DNA of 64,000 nucleotides from Prevotella sp. (GCA_022788105.1 JALEVZ010000053.1:36858-100857), one strand, 5' to 3'; numbered from the stretch's first letter, positions 49,978 to 59,396 are shown. Program-made: numbers and translations. The notes: generated by a model from the sequence alone, not told the origin.

Positions 49978-51732
49978 ATGAAAAGACAACACTACACATA
50001 CATCCTCGCGGCACTCGTCGCAGGACTCATCGCCGTGATGGCAATGTCACGAAAAGAGGCTGTCGAGCCGTTCGACGCAGCAGCCATGCAACGTGTCATG
50101 GGAGGCATGGCAGGGTGCTTCGACGCTTGGTTAGCGGCGCGACAGCGCGATTCGCTCGCCAACAAGCTCGACTCCATATCCGGACACCTCACCTTCGCCG
50201 ACGGAACAGCAGCAAAAGGCGTCGTCGTGAGCGACGGCACAAGCTGCACACGCACCGACTCGACAGGCCGCTACGCCCTGCTGCGCGACAAGAAGGCGCG
50301 ATTTGTCTTCTATACCGTGCCCTCCGACTGCGAGGTTCCGGTCCACTCCGACAGCGACCGCACCGCCTTCTTCTACCAACCTGTCACACGGCGCCGCGCC
50401 ACCTACGACTTCAGACTCACCCGTCTGCCTGGCGGCATAGAGCGAAACTACCGCATGATTGTAATCGGCGACCCACAGGTGACCAACGCCATGAACCCCT
50501 TCTACACCGGTCCTAACGACAATCTGGTCGAGAAGTCTGACGTAGCACGATTCAACGACGAGACCATGACTGACATACGCCGCACCATCGACGCCCTGCC
50601 CGACGCCACTCCCGTCTACGGACTGAGTATGGGCGACAACGTGCAGTACTATGGTGGCTACAACTCCGAGCTGCAACAGCAGATACGCGCAGCCCTCGGC
50701 AGCTCGCGCATGCGCCTGTTCTCGGTCATTGGAAACCACGACCAGGACGGCAGCGCGCTCTATCGTAGCAAGTGGGAGCAGTGTTGGGGACCTACTGACT
50801 ACTCGTTCAACCGCGGCAACGAACACTATGTGTGTCTCAACAACGTGCAGTTCACACGCCATAAGTCCTATTACTCGCCGGGCGAACTTACCGATCGACA
50901 GATGAAGTGGCTGCGCCAAGACCTCGCTCTCACCCCACGACACATGCGAGTGGTGCTGTGCTACCACATTCCGCTAACCTTTGGCACCATCCCCGGAGCC
51001 AAAGCGTCGCCACTGGGCATAGTGTCGGAAGAGAGACACTACTACTCTTCACGCTTGCCGGAGCTGCTCAAGCTGCTCAACCAATATGAAGGGGGCTACG
51101 AACTGTTCTGCGGACACACCCACTTCGCCATGCACCACGAGATTGAAGTCAACGGCGAGCGCGTCGTGGAGCGCTGCCATGCCGCGGCGTGTGGCAACAT
51201 TTGGCAGTCAAATATCAACATCTGCGGCACGCCAAACGGATATTATGTCTACACCTTCGACGACAAACGCCTCGCCGACTGCTACTACAAAGGCACGTTT
51301 TGGCCCGTCACACGACAGATGACGCTGTTCCGCGCAGCTACCGACTTCAATGGCGAGAGATACGCCAACGACTGGAATCTGCCACACGACACGGGGCTGA
51401 TAGTAGCCAATGTGTTCAATGCCGACTCACGATGGGACATCACCGTGGTGGAGAACGGACTCGAACACCCGATGCACCGCATAAGCAGCTGCGGACAAGA
51501 CGCCTTCGCCACCGGCTACCATCATAAGTACTGCCAGGCCATGCCTTACAGGTTTGTGAGCAAACAGAACGGCTATCTCGTCATGAACCACCTGTTCTAC
51601 TACGAGCCGCACAGCCGCGACAGTCGACTGACAGTGCGTGCTCGCGACCCCTACGGTCACATCTACGAGTGCAACACGGCCGAAGTGGTGACGGTTCCGT
51701 TCTACAATTTCGCACACTACTACCGCCGCTGA
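49978..51732 (+). CDS. Exported calcineurin-like metallophosphoesterase (MetallophosN/C type)
   Basis: N-terminal hydrophobic segment; GVVVSDG, GDPQ, GDNV, GNHD, GHTH, GTPNGY. Confidence 0.87.
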   Translation: MKRQHYTYILAALVAGLIAVMAMSRKEAVEPFDAAAMQRVMGGMAGCFDAWLAARQRDSLANKLDSISGHLTFADGTAAKGVVVSDGTSCTRTDSTGRYALLRDKKARFVFYTVPSDCEVPVHSDSDRTAFFYQPVTRRRATYDFRLTRLPGGIERNYRMIVIGDPQVTNAMNPFYTGPNDNLVEKSDVARFNDETMTDIRRTIDALPDATPVYGLSMGDNVQYYGGYNSELQQQIRAALGSSRMRLFSVIGNHDQDGSALYRSKWEQCWGPTDYSFNRGNEHYVCLNNVQFTRHKSYYSPGELTDRQMKWLRQDLALTPRHMRVVLCYHIPLTFGTIPGAKASPLGIVSEERHYYSSRLPELLKLLNQYEGGYELFCGHTHFAMHHEIEVNGERVVERCHAAACGNIWQSNINICGTPNGYYVYTFDDKRLADCYYKGTFWPVTRQMTLFRAATDFNGERYANDWNLPHDTGLIVANVFNADSRWDITVVENGLEHPMHRISSCGQDAFATGYHHKYCQAMPYRFVSKQNGYLVMNHLFYYEPHSRDSRLTVRARDPYGHIYECNTAEVVTVPFYNFAHYYRR

Positions 51733-51750
51733 CGGTGCCATCATCCGTAT

Positions 51751-51780
51751 TTGTCACATCATTGTAACACCATTGCAACA
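51751..51780 (+). promoter_or_regulatory. Pho-box-like triple 11-bp direct repeat
   Basis: TTGTCACatca TTGTAACacca TTGCAAC upstream of the -7 box TAACTTTG (51801-51808). Confidence 0.65.
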
Positions 51781-51811
51781 GTTGTGAATACCAAACGCCA
51801 TAACTTTGCGC

Positions 51812-51855
51812 ACGATAACATAACACGTCAAGAACGATAACATAACACGTCAAGA
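51812..51855. repeat. Exact 22-bp tandem duplication in the response regulator 5' UTR
   Basis: acgataacataacacgtcaaga x2. Confidence 0.95.
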
Positions 51856-51857
51856 AT

Positions 51858-52544
51858 ATGGAACAGAAACATAAAATACTTGTTGTGGACGACGAGCAGG
51901 ACCTGCTTGAGATTCTGAAGTTCAACCTCGAGACCGAAGGATATGAGGTTGCCACTGCCACATCGGCAGAAGAGGCGCTACACCTCAACCTGGGCGACTT
52001 CAATCTGTTGCTGCTCGACGTCATGATGGGTGGCATGTCGGGATTTGCAATGGCACGAAAGCTGAAGGACAACCCGTCTACTGCCGCCATACCTATCATC
52101 TTCCTGACAGCACGCGACACCGAAAACGACACACTGACAGGATTCAGTCTCGGCGCCGACGACTACATATCAAAGCCGTTCTCCATACGCGAGGTGCTGG
52201 TACGAGTACGTGCCGTGCTGCGCCGCACTGCCGACCCGTCGACACAACAGAGCAACACGCTGCGCTATCAGGGCATCGAGATGAACCTCGATAAGAAGAC
52301 TGTGAGCATCGAAGGGGAAGACATTCCGTTCACAAAGACCGAGTTTGAACTGCTACATCTGCTACTTGACGAGCGCGGCAGGGTGTTCTCGCGCCAAGAA
52401 CTCATCGACCGCGTGTGGCCAAAAGACGTGCTCGTGCTCGATCGCACGGTTGATGTCAACATCACCAGGCTGCGCAAGAAAATCGGACCCTATGCCAAGT
52501 GCATCGTGACACGCCTCGGTTTCGGTTACTACTTTGACGCATAA
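51858..52544 (+). CDS. OmpR/PhoP-family response regulator
   Basis: VVDDE, LLDVMM, GADDYISKPF, RTVDVNITRLRKK. Confidence 0.95.
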   Translation: MEQKHKILVVDDEQDLLEILKFNLETEGYEVATATSAEEALHLNLGDFNLLLLDVMMGGMSGFAMARKLKDNPSTAAIPIIFLTARDTENDTLTGFSLGADDYISKPFSIREVLVRVRAVLRRTADPSTQQSNTLRYQGIEMNLDKKTVSIEGEDIPFTKTEFELLHLLLDERGRVFSRQELIDRVWPKDVLVLDRTVDVNITRLRKKIGPYAKCIVTRLGFGYYFDA

Positions 52545-52560
52545 GCAAGAGAAGGAGCTT

Positions 52561-52626
52561 CTTTGGAGGCGAGATTTGGTATCTTTGGAGGCGAGATTTG
52601 GCATCTTTGGAAGCGAGATTTGGCAT
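52561..52626. repeat. 22-bp tandem array, 3 units of CTTTGGAGGCGAGATTTGGCAT
   Basis: Units at 52561, 52583, 52605. Confidence 0.95.
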
Positions 52627-52689
52627 CCAATAAAGCGCCATTAGCCCCATTACGAAGCACAAATAGTCTTATAACAAAAATCAAAAACT

Positions 52690-54126
52690 ATGACCTTATT
52701 CCCTAACATAAGCGTAGGTCGCCGCATATACCTTAGTGTTTTGTCGGTGTTTGTGGTGTTTGCAGCAGCCTTTATCGTGTTCCAGCAGAACCGAGAGAAG
52801 CAATATAAGATCGACAGTCTTAACATTAGACTTCAAGACTACAACACACGCATGGAGGAATCTATGCAAAACATGAAGACCATTGACGAGCATACACTCG
52901 ACGACTACGTCCGCGAGCACGCCATGCCAGAGCTTCGCGTCACGCTGATAGACCGTCATGGTCGTGTGTTCTACGACAGTAGGCTGAAAGACTACAGCAA
53001 CTTGCCCAACCACTTGTCACGCCCTGAGGTCAAGGCGGCGGTGACAACAGGACAAGGTTCGACCGTGGAGCGCAACAGTACGACCCTTAACGACTACTTC
53101 TTCTACTCCGCCACACGCTTCAATCCGAGCGGACTCATCATACGAAGTGCCCTCCCTTACGACAACAACCTTGCCGAATCGCTCCGCGCCGACCAACACT
53201 ACATCTGGTTTGCGCTATCCGCGTTGGCGCTGTTGACGCTCATTCTCTACCGCTTCACAAGCCGATTAGGACGCAATATCACCAAGTTGAGGCTCTTTGC
53301 ATACCGTGCCGACCGCGGCGACTCGCTCGACACCGAAGACCTTGTGGCATTTCCGAACGACGAGTTAGGCGAGATTGCCGAGAAGATAGTGAAGATATAC
53401 AAGCGTCTGCAGAACACACGTCACGAGCAAGACATACTGAAACGCCAGCTCACACAGAACATTGCACACGAGCTGAAGACCCCCGTGGCGAGCATACAGG
53501 GCTACCTCGAGACCATACTCGACAACCCACGCATCGACGAAGCGACCCGCCAGCAGTTCCTGCAACGCAGCTATGCACAGGCACAACGGCTCACATCGCT
53601 GCTTCAGGACATCTCCACGCTCAACCGAATGGACGACGCTCCGAACGAGATGGAGCTTGGAAGGGTAGACATAGCGGCAATGGTGGAAGGCATAGAGAAA
53701 GACACTGCCATGCAGCTTGAGGCCCGTCACATGGCTTTTGTCAACCAGTTGCCCGAACATCTGACGGTCAACGGCAACCAGAGTCTGCTCTACAGCGTGT
53801 TCCGCAACCTCACCGACAACGCCATTGCCTATGCTGGCGAGGGCACCACCATAAACCTCACGGCAGAGGAAGTGGGCGACGAGTGGCACTTCTCGTTTAG
53901 CGATAACGGCGTGGGCGTTGCCGCCGAACACCTCCCCCGCATCTTCGAGCGCTTCTATCGCGTAGACAAAGGGCGCAGCCGCAAGATGGGTGGAACAGGT
54001 CTTGGGCTTGCCATTGTCAAGAATGCGGTGCTTATGCACGGCGGCAAGATAAGCGTTCACAACCGTCCGACAGGCGGACTGGAGTTTAACTTCTACATCC
54101 GTAAGGACGGCAAACGAAGCAATTAA
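52690..54126 (+). CDS. PhoR-like sensor histidine kinase
   Basis: Two TMs; HELKTP, N-box, DNGVG, FERFYRVD, GTGLGLAIVK. Confidence 0.94.
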   Translation: MTLFPNISVGRRIYLSVLSVFVVFAAAFIVFQQNREKQYKIDSLNIRLQDYNTRMEESMQNMKTIDEHTLDDYVREHAMPELRVTLIDRHGRVFYDSRLKDYSNLPNHLSRPEVKAAVTTGQGSTVERNSTTLNDYFFYSATRFNPSGLIIRSALPYDNNLAESLRADQHYIWFALSALALLTLILYRFTSRLGRNITKLRLFAYRADRGDSLDTEDLVAFPNDELGEIAEKIVKIYKRLQNTRHEQDILKRQLTQNIAHELKTPVASIQGYLETILDNPRIDEATRQQFLQRSYAQAQRLTSLLQDISTLNRMDDAPNEMELGRVDIAAMVEGIEKDTAMQLEARHMAFVNQLPEHLTVNGNQSLLYSVFRNLTDNAIAYAGEGTTINLTAEEVGDEWHFSFSDNGVGVAAEHLPRIFERFYRVDKGRSRKMGGTGLGLAIVKNAVLMHGGKISVHNRPTGGLEFNFYIRKDGKRSN

Positions 54127-54129
54127 CAC

Positions 54130-54180
54130 AAAAAAGGGGCAAGTCCAGCAACCATTCTGTTGCGAGGACTTGCCCCTATT
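54130..54180. terminator. Terminator between the sensor kinase and Hsp20
   Basis: AGGGGCAAGTCC…GGACTTGCCCCT with a flanking A-tract. Confidence 0.75.
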
Positions 54181-54289
54181 GTATAAGCCTGGCCTATGTA
54201 TTCAAGCCGTAACAGGCACAGAGTAAACAATTATTGCCATCCGCCTGAGCACATGCGGTCAGACCATTAGTCTTGTTTCGAGTTGAGTG

Positions 54290-54736
54290 TTATTTCACTT
54301 CAACGCTCTTGAGAGTCTTCTCCTCAGCCTTAAGTTCCTTCGGAATGTCGATGGTGAGCACACCGTCAGCAACCTTTGCGCTTATCTTGTTGCGGTCGGC
54401 ATCATCAGGCAGCACGTAGGTCTGCTCATAATTGCTGTATGAGAACTCACGACGCAGATAGCGAGCGTGCTTGTCTTTCTCTTTGTGCTCTTCCTTATGC
54501 TCCATCTTGTTCTCTATAGCGAGATTGAGATTGCCCTCATTGTCGATGTTAATGCGTACCCACTCTTTCTTAAGGCCAGGCACAGCCACCTCCATGATGT
54601 AGTCCGTTGCGCTCTCCTTTACGTTCACTGCAGGTGCTGTAGCGTTCATACGCGGCATGACTGAAGTGTCAAAGAAATCGTCATCAAACCAATTTGTCAA
54701 CCAATTTGCATTGTTATTTCTACGAGCTAACAACAT
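54290..54736 (-). CDS. Hsp20/alpha-crystallin small heat shock protein
   Basis: PAVNVKE, RREFSYS, DGVLTIDIPK. Confidence 0.95.
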   Translation of the reverse strand: MLLARRNNNANWLTNWFDDDFFDTSVMPRMNATAPAVNVKESATDYIMEVAVPGLKKEWVRINIDNEGNLNLAIENKMEHKEEHKEKDKHARYLRREFSYSNYEQTYVLPDDADRNKISAKVADGVLTIDIPKELKAEEKTLKSVEVK

Positions 54737-54913
54737 AATAAAATTACCTCCTAATTATACTTTTCTCGTCCTCTGTTCGGCTTTCGCGTCCCTCGGGATT
54801 TCTGTTTTGTTAATAAATACTGACTTTTATCGAGCCTCACGCTGTCCGTGTTCGGGTCGAGCCTTGCGGTTCTGCCCTCGCCCTTCGTGCTTCGGCTTTC
54901 ACTATGCATATAC

Positions 54914-54997
54914 ACAACAATCGTGCCCGTGCCACTTCCACAGCCCGACAGAACACGTTGATTGCCAAAGGTGTCAGCAAAGAGTGCCAATATTTCA
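54914..54997 (-). promoter_or_regulatory. Putative sigma-54-type promoter plus upstream TGCCA-N4-T(G/T)TCA-like boxes for Hsp20
   Basis: Minus strand GGGCACGATTGTTGT (54914-54928); tgccaaaggtgtca and tgccaatatttca at 54963-54997. Confidence 0.5.
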
Positions 54998-55174
54998 CGA
55001 AAAGCCAAAAAAATTAAACTTTGCTGCCAATCTGTACACTATTTTTTGTAATTTCGCAGACGGTTTACCCGCAACAGCAAGAGGTAGCCACCACAACAAT
55101 AAGGCGTCACCGCCACCCACAGCCACGGCACCACCGCCCCAGCAAACACAACATATAAATAATAAAAAGAAGTA

Positions 55175-56080
55175 ATGAAGAAGACATTTACACTGCTGTT
55201 TCTCGCCATCACACTGGCCAACAGCGTCAGCGCACAGCTGCTTTACAAGATTTCAGGTAACGGCCTTGAGAAGTCCTCATATATCATTGGTACACACCAT
55301 CTTGCCAACGTCGGCTTCCTACAGAAGTTAGACGGCGTGAAGACCGCACTAACAGAGACCGACCAGGTGTATGGAGAGGTGGTGTTCGATGACATGACCA
55401 ACGCCGACACGCTACAGGCATTGAAAGCCAAGACGCAGCTGCCGGAAGGACAAACCATAAAGACTCTGCTCACACCACAGGAGTACAAAGAGCTTGACGG
55501 CTGCATGAAGAACCTCATGGGAACCGGACTTTCCAACCCCGCCGTCATGCAGAGCATGGGCCACATGACGCCACAGACGCTGCTGACACAGCTCGAACTC
55601 ATATTGTTCATGTCGCGTCACATGGGCGAATTTGACCCCACGGCGACCTTCGACCAGTACTTCCAGACACAGGCAAAGCACAACAGCGAACCCATCGGCG
55701 GCCTCGAGACCGTGGCATTCCAAGCCCACACGCTCTACGACGTGCCCATGAAGCGACAGATAGAGCTGCTCATGTGCTTCGTACGCAACACCGAGCGCGA
55801 CGCGGCACTAATGGACCGCCTCACCGAAGCGTTCTACGCACAAGACCTCAGCAAGATGGAGGAGGCAGCAAACGAGAAATACGGCAACTCCTGCGACGCC
55901 ACTCCCGAAGAGCAAGCAGCACTAATCAGCCGCCGCAACGCCGCGTGGATGGAGAAGATGCCGTCCATCATGACCGCGCGTCCCACCTTTTTCGCTGTCG
56001 GCGCGCTCCATCTCGTGGGCGACGAGGGACTGCTCCAGCTGCTTAGAAAGGCAGGATATGAAGTTGAAGGAATAAAGTAG
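55175..56080 (+). CDS. TraB/GumN family protein
   Basis: Signal peptide; SYIIGTHH, GLET, RRN…W, FFAVGALHL. Confidence 0.9.
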   Translation: MKKTFTLLFLAITLANSVSAQLLYKISGNGLEKSSYIIGTHHLANVGFLQKLDGVKTALTETDQVYGEVVFDDMTNADTLQALKAKTQLPEGQTIKTLLTPQEYKELDGCMKNLMGTGLSNPAVMQSMGHMTPQTLLTQLELILFMSRHMGEFDPTATFDQYFQTQAKHNSEPIGGLETVAFQAHTLYDVPMKRQIELLMCFVRNTERDAALMDRLTEAFYAQDLSKMEEAANEKYGNSCDATPEEQAALISRRNAAWMEKMPSIMTARPTFFAVGALHLVGDEGLLQLLRKAGYEVEGIK

Positions 56081-56140
56081 AACGCGCCAATAGGCTGCAC
56101 CATAAAGCAGCCTGCCGCGTAAAGCAAGCGCAAACACGAA

Positions 56141-56191
56141 ACAAAGAAAAACGGTCTTTTGCATAAAGAAAGCAAAAGACCGTTTTTCTTT
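56141..56191. terminator. Terminator after the TraB/GumN gene
   Basis: AAAGAAAAACGGTCTTTTGC…GCAAAAGACCGTTTTTCTTT. Confidence 0.8.
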
Positions 56192-56354
56192 ACATTATGA
56201 TAGAAAACAAAGCGCTTTTGTAACGCCAATTCTTAACGTCTGTTAAAAGCCCACAGAGATTGCCAAAGGGGCCAAATGGGCTTGTCACTACGGCCTAATG
56301 AGCTTGTCACTACGGCCCTTTGACAACGCCAAAAGGGTGCTATCATTTTGTCAA
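56190..56354 (+). repeat. 165-bp dispersed element, copy 7 (head degenerate)
   Basis: CGCCAATTCTTAAC-gtct-GTTAAAAG, four units and tail at the conserved spacing. Confidence 0.85.
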
Positions 56355-56417
56355 ACGGCACTAACGGGAAAATGATCACCGCCCGACCGTTTTTCAAAAC
56401 CTATAGATTCTGTCGGG

Positions 56418-56505
56418 CGGCAGCATGCCATCAGCTCTACAGCGATATATCATCGTGCCCGCGGCAGCATGTCATCAACTTTGCAGTACCATGCCATCAG
56501 ACCTT
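56418..56505. repeat. 22-bp degenerate tandem array, 4 units
   Basis: cggcagcatgccatcagctcta / cagcgatatatcatcgtgcccg / cggcagcatgtcatcaactttg / cagtaccatgccatcagacctt. Confidence 0.72.
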
Positions 56506-56517
56506 CATCGTCCCTCT

Positions 56518-57333
56518 CTACTTCTCGAAACGACACTTGCAATAGACGCAACCGTTGTCCTGTTTGAGCAGGCTGTACGGCTTCATGCCGAGGAAGTGGC
56601 GGCACTGCGGGTTCGGACACACATACTTGTGTTGGAACTCTTCGGTCAACTTGTCGAGTTCGTCGATGCTCTTGTCGCTGTAAGCCATGTAGAATGCATA
56701 GATTGTAACGGCAAGACCCACGAAGAAAAGCACGGTTGTAGCGTCTGTCACCATGGGGCTGACGCCCGATATGCGCGACACGGCGCCGCTGCTGATGGTG
56801 AATATCGGCGCCACGCCTCTGAGCAGATTGAGGTTGCGCTGGCGATATTTTATCTCCATTTGCTTGTCGTGGAACTCGTCATATACAGCTTTCAGATGGT
56901 CTATGCTGAACGTCGGCACATTCTCTGATGCACCACCACCGCTCTTGACAGCGCTGCCACCGCCTATCACCTGGTTGGCAATGAGCGTGAGAGTCTTCAG
57001 CACTTCCGCCACAGACACTTGGTACTTGTACTGTCCCATCTCTATGATGCTGCCCTCGTCGATGTGCTTCTTCATAATCTGTGTGCCGTCGACAAACGTC
57101 ACATTCTCTGCTTTGGCGTTCTCGAGAGTCATGTCTCCCTTCATGTCTATCTGCAAACGGCAGTGCGCCTTGTCCTCGCCGGGTATGCAACGGCTCACAC
57201 CTCCCGACACGCTGCCGGGCTGTCCTATCGGTGCGAAGTAGTTTTTGCCGTTGTGTTTCATCGACACCAGCAGTCTGCCGTTTACTGGTTCGCGTCCTAT
57301 GAGTATGGTCTTTCCAAAAAGTCTGTTGTCCAT
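56518..57333 (-). CDS. FHA-domain membrane protein with a C-terminal Cys4 zinc ribbon
   Basis: IGR…VSR…H…NVTFVDG FHA pattern; two hydrophobic segments; CPNPQC…CVYC. Confidence 0.8.
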   Translation of the reverse strand: MDNRLFGKTILIGREPVNGRLLVSMKHNGKNYFAPIGQPGSVSGGVSRCIPGEDKAHCRLQIDMKGDMTLENAKAENVTFVDGTQIMKKHIDEGSIIEMGQYKYQVSVAEVLKTLTLIANQVIGGGSAVKSGGGASENVPTFSIDHLKAVYDEFHDKQMEIKYRQRNLNLLRGVAPIFTISSGAVSRISGVSPMVTDATTVLFFVGLAVTIYAFYMAYSDKSIDELDKLTEEFQHKYVCPNPQCRHFLGMKPYSLLKQDNGCVYCKCRFEK

Positions 57334-57414
57334 TTTATTTGTTTTATCTTATGTTTTTACTGTTGTCTCGCGAGCAATCGGCGCGCCATGAGTCACGCGG
57401 CGCAGCCTCATCTT

Positions 57415-57810
57415 TTATTCTCCTTTCTCTTTCTCCACCACAGCCGATGAGCACAACGTGCTGACATACATCTCCTTGAGCTTCTTCAACGCCTCTTTGG
57501 AGATGCTCACGGGATAGGCAAACAGCTCCCCGTCGCTCAACACGAGCTTCTGTTTGAGCACGCTGATGTGGTAGACGTAGTCGAGATTGACGATGTGTCG
57601 CTTGCCGACACGTGCAAACACAGTGCCTGCTTCGTGCAGATTGTCGTTGATAAGCTTCTGCATTTGCGCGAGGTTCATGCACACCGCACCCTTTAGTTTG
57701 TTGCTCAAATAGAAGTTCGTATAGTTGCCTTCTGCTTCGAAATAGACTATGTGGGCGATGTCAATCTTATATAACTCGTCGCGGCTATTGATATAAAGAT
57801 ATTTTCTCAT
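57415..57810 (-). CDS. Stand-alone LytTR DNA-binding protein
   Basis: IVYFEAEGNY, FARVGKRHIVN; no receiver domain. Confidence 0.88.
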   Translation of the reverse strand: MRKYLYINSRDELYKIDIAHIVYFEAEGNYTNFYLSNKLKGAVCMNLAQMQKLINDNLHEAGTVFARVGKRHIVNLDYVYHISVLKQKLVLSDGELFAYPVSISKEALKKLKEMYVSTLCSSAVVEKEKGE

Positions 57811-57869
57811 AATCGGTATAATTAGTTGTTGGCTATGCTATTGTTGTGCCGGATAGGCACGGACTGACG

Positions 57870-59054
57870 CTATGCGCGGCGCAGGTAAAGATAGTCTGCA
57901 GTCTGTTCCTCACCCGTGTCGGTGTCGCACACGACGACAGTGGCATGCAGACGTTCGTCCACATCTATCGTTACGGTCACGTGGTGCGGCTGATGGGTGA
58001 AGCGACGACGCAGGTCAAGCGGTCGCATGTCGCCGTCGTAGCCGACAAACAGCTCGTCACTCTCTTCAAGCACAAGGTCTGCCGAGCGCTTGCAGGGTAT
58101 GGGTTGGAAGGCTGGCATCAGCACATCGGTGATGCGTATGTCGCTCTCTGGGTGCGCCTTGCACAAGCCGAAGGGCACGGGCGTGGCGTCGAGCAGCACG
58201 TCGCAGACATAGAACTCAAACGGCGACTCACCCATACAGAACAGCACACGCATTGCTCCCGCTATGAATTGGAAGAACGCCGAACTGTTGTCAAGCTCCG
58301 CTACACGGCAGCTGTCGGCAGTGGTAGGCTCGTCACACTCGTCAAGCACGCCCGACTCCAGCACCTCCATCATGCCGTCGTTGCACTCATAGTGGCAGAA
58401 CATGCCATTATATATGAGCATGGAGTCGCCCTCCGACGGTGCGCCAAAGGCTGTCAAGTGCTGCTGACGGGTTATGCGATAGTTGCGAAACGCGAACGGA
58501 TAGCGACTTAACAGGTCTGCCACCTTGCCGAGTTGTGACGCTCGACAGTAGGTTATGATGTTGCGCGCATCGCTCAATGTTTGCCAGTTGTCAATGATAT
58601 AGTTGCCTATCGGATGGGTGGAAAAGTCGACGAGCGCCAGCGCACTGGGCATGTACGACGGCACAACAGCACGCATAAGGTCGTCGGCAAGGTTTTCTAT
58701 CCAGTAGCTGTTCACTGGTTTGTAGATGCGTCCGTCGTGGTATATGAGCACCGAGTTGTCGTTGGTGAGCGATATGATGGACACCCCGAAGTTGTTTATG
58801 TCGGTGGTTGTGCGACGCACGTCAGCCTTACCGTCAGTTCCCGACTGCCAACGGTGCTTCACATTGAAGAACGACGACTCAAGCTTCACGCGGTCGCTGT
58901 TGAGCGTATCGGTGAACTCGCCAATCTCTGTGGTCTCGCTATGAATGTTGCGCTCATTGTAGCCATAGGGGCTGCGCGGTGAGTCGCTGCCTTCTGTCCG
59001 TTGTACAGACTCTTTCTGTTCGTCCATTACTGTGTGTTGCTGATATGCGGTCAA
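57870..59054 (-). CDS. Hypothetical protein with a degenerate Hsp70 substrate-binding-like C-terminus
   Basis: DVLLDATPVPFG…PIPCKRS…VTIDVD…DTDTGEEQ resembles the DnaK beta-SBD; no ATPase motifs seen. Confidence 0.6.
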   Translation of the reverse strand: MTAYQQHTVMDEQKESVQRTEGSDSPRSPYGYNERNIHSETTEIGEFTDTLNSDRVKLESSFFNVKHRWQSGTDGKADVRRTTTDINNFGVSIISLTNDNSVLIYHDGRIYKPVNSYWIENLADDLMRAVVPSYMPSALALVDFSTHPIGNYIIDNWQTLSDARNIITYCRASQLGKVADLLSRYPFAFRNYRITRQQHLTAFGAPSEGDSMLIYNGMFCHYECNDGMMEVLESGVLDECDEPTTADSCRVAELDNSSAFFQFIAGAMRVLFCMGESPFEFYVCDVLLDATPVPFGLCKAHPESDIRITDVLMPAFQPIPCKRSADLVLEESDELFVGYDGDMRPLDLRRRFTHQPHHVTVTIDVDERLHATVVVCDTDTGEEQTADYLYLRRA

Positions 59055-59082
59055 TAGATGGTTAATATACCATTTAATGCTG

Positions 59083-59090
59083 CAAAGTTA
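59083..59090 (-). promoter_or_regulatory. -7 promoter element of the Hsp70-like/LytTR/FHA operon (TAACTTTG)
   Basis: TAnnTTTG on the minus strand. Confidence 0.6.
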
Positions 59091-59205
59091 CAATTTCTTG
59101 CGCACATTCTGCCACCTGTCTGCCGTTTTTTTAAGTAAAAACGCGATGAAAGAGAAATAGGCAGAAAGCGACAAGACACAAAGAAAGCAGAAACCACGGT
59201 TTTAG

Positions 59206-59370
59206 TGACACATTGTCACGATTCCGTCGTTTCTGCTTACGCCAATTCTTAACACATGTTAAAGCCGCGGTGGTTTTCCCACTACGGCCCTTTGACATCG
59301 CCATTAGGCCGTAGTGACATCGTCAAAGGGCCGTAGTGAGAAGCCCGAAAAGGCCCTATCATTTTGTCAA
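59206..59370 (+). repeat. 165-bp dispersed element, copy 8
   Basis: TGACACATTG…TTAAC-acat-GTTAA…TATCATTTTGTCAA. Confidence 0.9.
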
Positions 59371-59396
59371 TCGTGCCCTTTGACAAAACCACACGC

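Noticed and set aside
49978-51732. Metallophosphoesterase as the cognate phosphatase of the kinases
   Set aside because: It appears exported and is separated from the kinases by a repeat element and its own intergenic region; it fits the adjacent Pho-like system better.
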